Source of the DNA: Candidatus Woesearchaeota archaeon
GTDB lineage: Archaea > Nanobdellota > Nanobdellia > Woesearchaeales > BS150m-G63
Assembly (NCBI GenBank): GCA_016784165.1
Contig: JADHVD010000002.1
Location: forward strand, 6,045-70,044
Length of the DNA: 64,000 nt
Reading direction: 5' to 3'
Shown here: piece after piece, positions 57,781 to 64,000 of the stretch
How the letters are laid out: each line of letters opens with the position of its first letter
How positions within the stretch are numbered: the stretch's first letter is position 1
Position numbers and translations under genes: made by a program
The notes under the pieces: model-generated
The model's input: only the letters and a program-made list of their open reading frames with translations
Databases searched by the model: none
What the model was told of the DNA's origin: nothing

Positions 57781-58188
57781 TTATTTAGATTTTACTTTAG
57801 GCAAAGGAATTGGTGCAGGAAGATTAATTTCCTTACTCATTATCAATGCTTCAATATTGCATTTGCTAAGAATATTTCCCATCACTTCTTCTATAACATC
57901 ATTTGGTAGTTTTTTATTCTTTTTCCATTCAGTTTCTATATCTTTCACTTTATCTGCTGTTCCCATATAGACTATTTCCCCACCAAGAGAGATATTACCT
58001 ATATTAGGAGTATATTTTGCCTCAAATAAGAATTCTAACTTTAGAGCGTTTTCTTTATTTTTCCCTAATTTAAGCTCAAAGCTTTTAACGTCTTTAATTC
58101 CAATATTGTTCGCAATACTAATCTTTCCTTTAGCGCCTTCTTTTCTTTCAGCGTTTATTTTTGTAAAATTAAAACTTATTATAGTCAT
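57781..58188 (-). CDS. Hypothetical protein
   Basis: 135-aa ORF; no motif recognized. Confidence 0.35.
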   Translation of the reverse strand: MTIISFNFTKINAERKEGAKGKISIANNIGIKDVKSFELKLGKNKENALKLEFLFEAKYTPNIGNISLGGEIVYMGTADKVKDIETEWKKNKKLPNDVIEEVMGNILSKCNIEALIMSKEINLPAPIPLPKVKSK

Positions 58189-58394
58189 ATAACATCACCC
58201 AATTATAGCGTAATTATAGATGTTTATAAAGTTTTTGTTGTTTTGGAATAGATTATCTAACACAATAAAACGATATCTTTTTAAAGCAGAATTTATTTTT
58301 TAGATTATATGTATTTTTCAAACGCATTATTCGATTCTGTACGTTATTTTGGTAGTTAGAGTTCTTTAATTAAATTAAATTTATTAGTCTATTT

Positions 58395-59357
58395 TTGGAG
58401 TTTTTTATAAAAATGGCATATGTAAAAGATTTTAAATGGAAAAAAGGCATAAAAGTGTCTGAATATGTGGATTCTTTAGCAAATATTGGATTTCAAAGTG
58501 TTCAATTAGCAAATGCCTCAAATGTGTTTGTTAAAATGAAAAAAAATTCTGCAAAAATTTTCTTAACTTTCACATCCAATATGGTAACATCAGGTCTTAG
58601 AGGATTTTTTGCACAATTAATCCAATTAAAAATGGCAGATATTATAGTTACTACAGTTGGAGGTCTTGAAGAAGATATCATGAAAGCAAAAGGAGAAAAG
58701 TTTTCTATTGGAACTTTTAATACTGATGATGTAGAACTTCATGAAAAAGGAATCAATAGAGTTGGGAATTTAATGATCAACAATGAAAGTTATATGAATT
58801 TTGAAGATGCTATTCTTCCAATATTAAATAAATTATATGAGAAAAAGAAAAGATGGCCAGTCTCAGAATTTTTCAGAGAAATTGGATTAATGCTAGACGA
58901 TGAAGATTCTATTCTTTATCAAGCAGCTAAAAATGATGTCCCAATTTTTTGTCCAGCAATTACTGACGGAGCTTTTGGATTTCACCTTTACATGTTTCAG
59001 CAAAAACATCCTGATTTTATAATTGATGTGATAAAAGATTTTGGAAATATTCTTCTTTCCACAAACCAAGATGAAAAGAAAGGGATAATTGCATTGGGAG
59101 GAAGCATCTCAAAACACCACGCAATTCTTTGTACTCTACTCAATGGAGGGGCAGAATATGCTGTGTATATGACAACAGCACACAAAACTTCTGGAAGTAT
59201 GTCTGGAGCGACAACCAATGAAGCAAAATCTTGGGGAAAAGTTAAGGATGAAAGTGATATAGCTACAGTAATTGGAGATGTAACAATAATGTTCCCTTTA
59301 GCTATGATAAAGGCATTAGAAGAATTAAAAGAAGATGGTTTATTGAAAAATGGCTAA
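58395..59357 (+). CDS. dys: Deoxyhypusine synthase
   Basis: FTSNMVTSGLRG, IVTTVGGLEEDIMK, GGSISKHHAI characteristic of DHS. Confidence 0.8.
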   Translation: MEFFIKMAYVKDFKWKKGIKVSEYVDSLANIGFQSVQLANASNVFVKMKKNSAKIFLTFTSNMVTSGLRGFFAQLIQLKMADIIVTTVGGLEEDIMKAKGEKFSIGTFNTDDVELHEKGINRVGNLMINNESYMNFEDAILPILNKLYEKKKRWPVSEFFREIGLMLDDEDSILYQAAKNDVPIFCPAITDGAFGFHLYMFQQKHPDFIIDVIKDFGNILLSTNQDEKKGIIALGGSISKHHAILCTLLNGGAEYAVYMTTAHKTSGSMSGATTNEAKSWGKVKDESDIATVIGDVTIMFPLAMIKALEELKEDGLLKNG

Positions 59358-60384
59358 ATTTGTAATATCTAAAAATAAAGTATTGGAACAATATAGGGTT
59401 TTAGAAGGCTTAGCAGATGTTATTTCTTATAGTTCAAAAACTAATCAAGATGTGACCAAGATTCTTGAAAGAGAAACAAATTGTTTTTTTAGTGTACATT
59501 TAACAAATGAACTTGTTCACATAAAAGACAAATCTAGGGTGATTTTTTTATCTCAAGGATGGGATAAAAAACAAATCGAAGAGTTATTATCTGAAGGGAT
59601 TAAAAATTTTATTGTTGATAATGAAACCGATTTAGATGTATTAGAATCCATCATTGAATCTAGTTCTAAAAAAATTACAATTTTTTTAAGAGTAAAATTA
59701 AAAGAAAGAAGTTTACGTACAGAAAGATATTTTGTATTTGGAATGAATTCATATATTGTAACTAAAAGAATAAAATCTCTTAATGAAAAATTTGAAAATA
59801 AAATTTCACTTGGGATCCATTTCCATCGTAAAACTCAAAATATGAGTGAATGGAACCTTCAGTATGAATTAGAAAATATTTTAGACAAAGAAACCTTAAA
59901 AATTATAAATTTTGTTAATATTGGAGGAGGAATTCCTTCAGAATATGCTAATACAAATATGAAAGTTATAGATTCAATCTTTAAGAAAATAAATACATTA
60001 AAAGATTGGCTTAAAGAATTAAATATTAAATTAATGATAGAGCCAGGGAGATTTATCGCAGCCCCTTCAGGAAAATTAATTACTAAAATAATAAATGTTT
60101 ATGATAATAATATAATTGTGGATGCGTCCATCTATAATTCAGATATGGATGCATTGATTGTCCCTGTTAAGTTGAAGATAGAAGGAGAATTAGAAAAAGG
60201 AGAAGGATATGTTGTCAAAGGAGTTACTCCTTGTTCTATGGATCTATTCCGTTATAGAGTTTATTTAAATAACCCTCAAGTGGGTGATGAATTAGTGTTC
60301 ATCAATGCAGGTGCTTATAACTTCACAACAGACTTTTGTGATTTGAATAAACTTAAAACAGTTATAGTAGATAATTTCAACTAA
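59350..60384 (+). CDS. PLP-dependent decarboxylase of the Orn/Lys/Arg/DAP decarboxylase family (fold type III)
   Basis: ISYSSKTN (PLP-Lys region, cf. YAVKxN), GIHFHRKTQ (cf. GxHFHxGSQ), FINAGAYNF (cf. xGAY substrate motif); overlaps the DHS stop. Confidence 0.55.
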   Translation: MAKFVISKNKVLEQYRVLEGLADVISYSSKTNQDVTKILERETNCFFSVHLTNELVHIKDKSRVIFLSQGWDKKQIEELLSEGIKNFIVDNETDLDVLESIIESSSKKITIFLRVKLKERSLRTERYFVFGMNSYIVTKRIKSLNEKFENKISLGIHFHRKTQNMSEWNLQYELENILDKETLKIINFVNIGGGIPSEYANTNMKVIDSIFKKINTLKDWLKELNIKLMIEPGRFIAAPSGKLITKIINVYDNNIIVDASIYNSDMDALIVPVKLKIEGELEKGEGYVVKGVTPCSMDLFRYRVYLNNPQVGDELVFINAGAYNFTTDFCDLNKLKTVIVDNFN

Positions 60385-60453
60385 TAATATATTCAAAATA
60401 TAAAACATTTAAAGTTAAAAAAATATATAAACATCAAAAACACCCAAAAAACC

Positions 60454-61182
60454 ATGCACCCCTACAAAGGAAAATTCATAATCATAGATGGACTCGATGG
60501 AATAGGTAAGGGAGTAATCATAAAAGCATTAGAAGAAATAGAAAACAAAACAAAAAAAGTTTTCAACCTAATAGATTTCTGGAAAAAACATAAAACACAC
60601 CCAGACTACGAACTGCTAAAACCTTACGACACAATAATTTCTTCAGAACCAACTTATGCAGAAAAAGGATTGGAGATAAGAAATAAGATCATAGCAAAAG
60701 GAACAACACATTCAGCTCTAGATGCAGCAAAAGCATATTCCCAAGATAGACTAATCCTCTACAATAAGATAATACTCAAAGCACTAAAAGATGGAAAAAC
60801 AATAATCCAGGACAGATCAGTATGTTCTAGTTTAGTCTACCAAAGAACTCAATCAGACAACACCCTATCAATAACCCAATTAACAAACCTAGAAGGAAAT
60901 AAATTAGCACTCAACAATTCACCAAACCTATTAATCATACCCACAATAAAAAATCCAGAAGAATTAATGGCTAGACTAAGTAATAGAACTAAACAAGATA
61001 ACTGCATCTTTGAAAACATAAATTTCCAATTAAAACTAAAACCCATTTATGAAAGTCAAGAATTAAAACAACTCTTTGAAAGCAGAAACACAATAGTAAA
61101 ATATCTTGACGCAAGTCTTTCAATTAAAGAAACACAAGAACAAGCAATAAATATTTACAAAGAATTTCTCAACAACCAATAA
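60454..61182 (+). CDS. tmk: Thymidylate kinase-like nucleoside/nucleotide kinase
   Basis: GKFIIIDGLDGIGKGV (P-loop context of dTMP kinase) and DRSVCSSLVYQ (cf. Tmk DRYxxSxxAYQ). Confidence 0.5.
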   Translation: MHPYKGKFIIIDGLDGIGKGVIIKALEEIENKTKKVFNLIDFWKKHKTHPDYELLKPYDTIISSEPTYAEKGLEIRNKIIAKGTTHSALDAAKAYSQDRLILYNKIILKALKDGKTIIQDRSVCSSLVYQRTQSDNTLSITQLTNLEGNKLALNNSPNLLIIPTIKNPEELMARLSNRTKQDNCIFENINFQLKLKPIYESQELKQLFESRNTIVKYLDASLSIKETQEQAINIYKEFLNNQ

Positions 61183-61921
61183 TATGAATCCTTAAATTAG
61201 AATACTCTTTCATACAAATTTCTTTAAGATTTTCCAAAAAACTAATGGAGGGGCTATCTATTTTACCAAACATCCCATCAATACCTTCATTATTGAATTG
61301 TTGTAACACCCAAACACAATTAACTGCACTAATCCTTTTAGCAACCCATAGGATATCTTCTTTTTTGTAAAGTAAACCAGGAACAATTACAGTCCTAAAC
61401 ACCACGCCAATTTTATTATCATTTTTCTTAATAATCTCTAAACTTTTCTCAAAACTATCAATAACCTCATCACTACTCTTAAAAAAAGTTCTAGATTTAG
61501 TCACTCTTTCAAATATCCCATCAATAAGAGGGGCCTTAAACTCAATCCTAACTTTATCTACTAACCCGCCCTTAACTAACAAACCCAGCAAAGAAGGGGA
61601 AGTTCCATTAGTTTTTAAAATAATTTTAAATCCAAGCCCCTTACAGTATTTGGCTAGATTTTGTAATGCTTGTCTTTGTAAACAAGGTTCTGCTCCAGAA
61701 AAAATAATGGCACCAGCAACACCAACATACTCTTTGATTTTTTCTTTAACTTCTTTAATGTCCCTTTGAAATCCAACCTTAAAATCCAAAATCTCCTGCC
61801 TATCACAATAGCCACATTTAAAATCACATCCAGCAAAATCTATTCTAACATAGCTCTCTCTAGATTTTAATCCAGATATCAATAAAATATCGCTTATATA
61901 GACTTGCATATCCCCCCACAA
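61169..61921 (-). CDS. Radical SAM protein (activating-enzyme/QueE-like small radical SAM family)
   Basis: GCDFKCGYCD (CxxxCxxC radical SAM cluster motif) near the N-terminus; 250 aa. Confidence 0.6.
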   Translation of the reverse strand: MWGDMQVYISDILLISGLKSRESYVRIDFAGCDFKCGYCDRQEILDFKVGFQRDIKEVKEKIKEYVGVAGAIIFSGAEPCLQRQALQNLAKYCKGLGFKIILKTNGTSPSLLGLLVKGGLVDKVRIEFKAPLIDGIFERVTKSRTFFKSSDEVIDSFEKSLEIIKKNDNKIGVVFRTVIVPGLLYKKEDILWVAKRISAVNCVWVLQQFNNEGIDGMFGKIDSPSISFLENLKEICMKEYSNLRIHIIGC

Positions 61922-62353
61922 ATAATTAGAAACAGTTACTTATTTTAAATATTACTATTAATTTATGAAAAATATATTTATATATAAGAAAGATGGATAA
62001 CATTAGAATTCTTGTTATATTCTTTCCTCGTACAATGTGTGGGAAAAATGCATCCGCAGAGTCGGGAAAGGGCAAATTCAATCCAACACGGAATGCAATT
62101 AAGAAAAAGCATCAAGGCAAGAATTGAAAAATTTTGAGATTAAAATAATAAGGTTTATATAGGAGCCAGTATTCTTTTATTTTATGAAATACCAAAGTGA
62201 TTGTCGGTGGCAGAGTATTTAGTTTTTTCTTAGACATCACTATATTTAAAATTTCAAAAGGATTATGGCGCTAGTGGTTTCTATATAAAATTTTATTCGA
62301 CAAGTTTCAGATAACTGAAGCTATATACCAATAAAGTCATACGGACTTAAAAC

Positions 62354-62614
62354 GTGGAGGATTATAAAATGGAACAAGATCAAATAAATCTGGAAAAAAC
62401 AGTTGAAAAGGAATGCCCTTTTGTAAGAGTTAAGAATAGCTTGCATTTTGGCGTCTATATGTTAGCAGGAGAGGATGAAACCTCTTATGAATGTGAAATA
62501 GACGGTGGAATAGCAAGAGGCGGAAATATCAGAAGAAGCATTCCTGGTGGAGCAAGTACTCCGTGTAGTGGGGAGTATGCAAAAACTTGTCATTTATACA
62601 ATGAACATAAATGA
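62354..62614 (+). CDS. Small cysteine-containing hypothetical protein in a locally GC-richer segment
   Basis: 86 aa with C-P..C..C..C spacing; local GC content visibly above the flanking DNA. Confidence 0.35.
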   Translation: MEDYKMEQDQINLEKTVEKECPFVRVKNSLHFGVYMLAGEDETSYECEIDGGIARGGNIRRSIPGGASTPCSGEYAKTCHLYNEHK

Positions 62615-62988
62615 TAAATAAAATATTTTCTTTTTTTTATTTTTCAATTCTTACCATTCCCCAATTGAAATTAACTCTTACTAAAAAGAACAAAGAATTC
62701 CTAACCCTTTTTTAATCCATAATGGGAGGTTCTTCTTCGTAATCTAAATCATCAAAAAACTCAACAAGCGTCTTATTCTTTTTTATGGTTTCGTAGCTTA
62801 TATCCATTGTTACCTCTTTCCTCTTTTTTAAAATCCAAAGCCCTAACAAAACATTGAGCCCTGACTTCCTCCCAAAAATATGAAATACTTACTCCTATTT
62901 AAATAATATGAAACTATAATTATAAGGTTAAAATAACATCATCCCAAACTATATACTACACTAAATAAAGCTCGTCGAGAAATTTTTT

Positions 62989-63498
62989 TCAGTTACTTCT
63001 GAACTGTAACAAAGACGTTTTATTATGTTCCAATAGTTTACCATCTTTGCAAGCGATTTTAAAATTCAAAACATTAAGAGAACCAGTAATAAAAGTGACA
63101 TTCCAAATCACCCCTTTATCTGAGTTTTGCAATATAAATACTTTTTTAGTTGCAGTATCAGTGGGATATCTTTTCTCACGATATCCATTAGCTTTTTTCA
63201 AAGCATCTTCAATATCAACTTTAACATCTTCAATATTCACAGCACTAACTTTACTCTCTGGCCGTTTAAACACTTCATCAGTGAACATCTTTACTTCATC
63301 TCCACTAACAATAAAGCTAGTAATATCATCCCCTTTTTTATTACAATAACCCAATTGAACAGAATCAATACTTTCAGTGTCTTGCAACATAACAAAAGCA
63401 TTAGCAAAATAAAAATTCTTGTGCTTTTTCATCCAAGAATTAAACCCATCATCATTATCCAAAATTTTCAAAGCTTTTTTAACATTCATAAAAAACAA
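62989..63498 (-). CDS. Hypothetical protein
   Basis: 169-aa ORF; no motif recognized. Confidence 0.4.
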   Translation of the reverse strand: MFFMNVKKALKILDNDDGFNSWMKKHKNFYFANAFVMLQDTESIDSVQLGYCNKKGDDITSFIVSGDEVKMFTDEVFKRPESKVSAVNIEDVKVDIEDALKKANGYREKRYPTDTATKKVFILQNSDKGVIWNVTFITGSLNVLNFKIACKDGKLLEHNKTSLLQFRSN

Positions 63499-63609
63499 AA
63501 AACCACCCCCACTTTAAATAGTTTCACATTTATAACTAAATCACAACAACAATATTTATAAATAACCTCGTCCTACAATTAATAATTCTTTAATCAAGGG
63601 GGGATATAA

Positions 63610-64000
63610 ATGACAAAACACACTAGCCCTACAGGGCACCATACAAAAAAAAGATCAAAACCTTACGAAAAGATTACTTATTGGAAAGCACTCACTGTAA
63701 TTTTTACAGTATTATTTATTATTTCTGTTGCAACCCAAGGTTTCAGGGTATTCCCAGAATATAGTTTTCCAAAATCATCAACTTCTTCAGAAACAGTTAA
63801 ATTAGATTTTTATGTAATGTCTCAATGTCCTTATGGGACAGAAGTTGAAGACGCAATAGCGCCAGTCATGGAAAAATTAGGAGATAATCTAGATCTTAAC
63901 TTATATTTCATAGCTAATGATAATGGCAATGGTCAATTTTCATCTTTACATGGTCAGCCAGAAGTTCTTGGAAACATAGTTCAGCTATGTGCAATTAAAC
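63610..64000 (+). CDS. Membrane-anchored hypothetical protein, possibly GILT-like thiol reductase family; 3'-truncated by the window end
   Basis: N-terminal TM helix; ...SQCPYGTE... and ...LHGQPEVLGNIVQLC (cf. GILT CQHGxxECxxNxxxxC signature); GGGGGG SD-like sequence before ATG 63610. Confidence 0.3.
   Translation, partial: MTKHTSPTGHHTKKRSKPYEKITYWKALTVIFTVLFIISVATQGFRVFPEYSFPKSSTSSETVKLDFYVMSQCPYGTEVEDAIAPVMEKLGDNLDLNLYFIANDNGNGQFSSLHGQPEVLGNIVQLCAIK

Overview
AT-rich (~30% GC) chromosomal window from an archaeon, probably a small-genome DPANN-like lineage. The archaeal assignment rests on aEF-1beta, aIF5B, Trm1, the S13-S4-S11-RpoD-L18e-L13-S9-RpoN cluster, GatD/GatE, aNAC, Sec61beta, an intron-containing tRNA and an archaeal-type RNase P RNA. 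The ORF track misses several things. Two GC-rich structured RNAs lie under spurious ORFs: SRP/7S RNA at ~9128-9365 and RNase P RNA at ~23279-23570. It also misses four tRNAs (Gly-UCC, His-GUG, Arg-CCU with two introns, Thr-UGU with one intron) and two sub-60-aa genes (a Zn-ribbon upstream of EF-1beta, and Sec61beta). Accessory content worth a second look: (1) a 19-nt-identical hairpin plus T-loop-like element present in two intergenic loci, one beside a duplicated tRNA-Gly 3' end; (2) a GT4 glycosyltransferase + PIG-L/LmbE deacetylase + PlsB-family acyltransferase cluster; (3) an SLT-LysM murein-hydrolase-like protein translationally coupled to a stand-alone receiver domain; (4) a RelA/SpoT-type HD hydrolase followed by a lysine-rich protein with weak nucleotidyltransferase-like motifs; (5) three tandem paralogs of an unknown family; (6) a MinD/ParA ATPase with two small paralogous partners; (7) a small GTPase-DUF-Zn-ribbon triad. 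No CRISPR array, rRNA or clear mobile element was seen.
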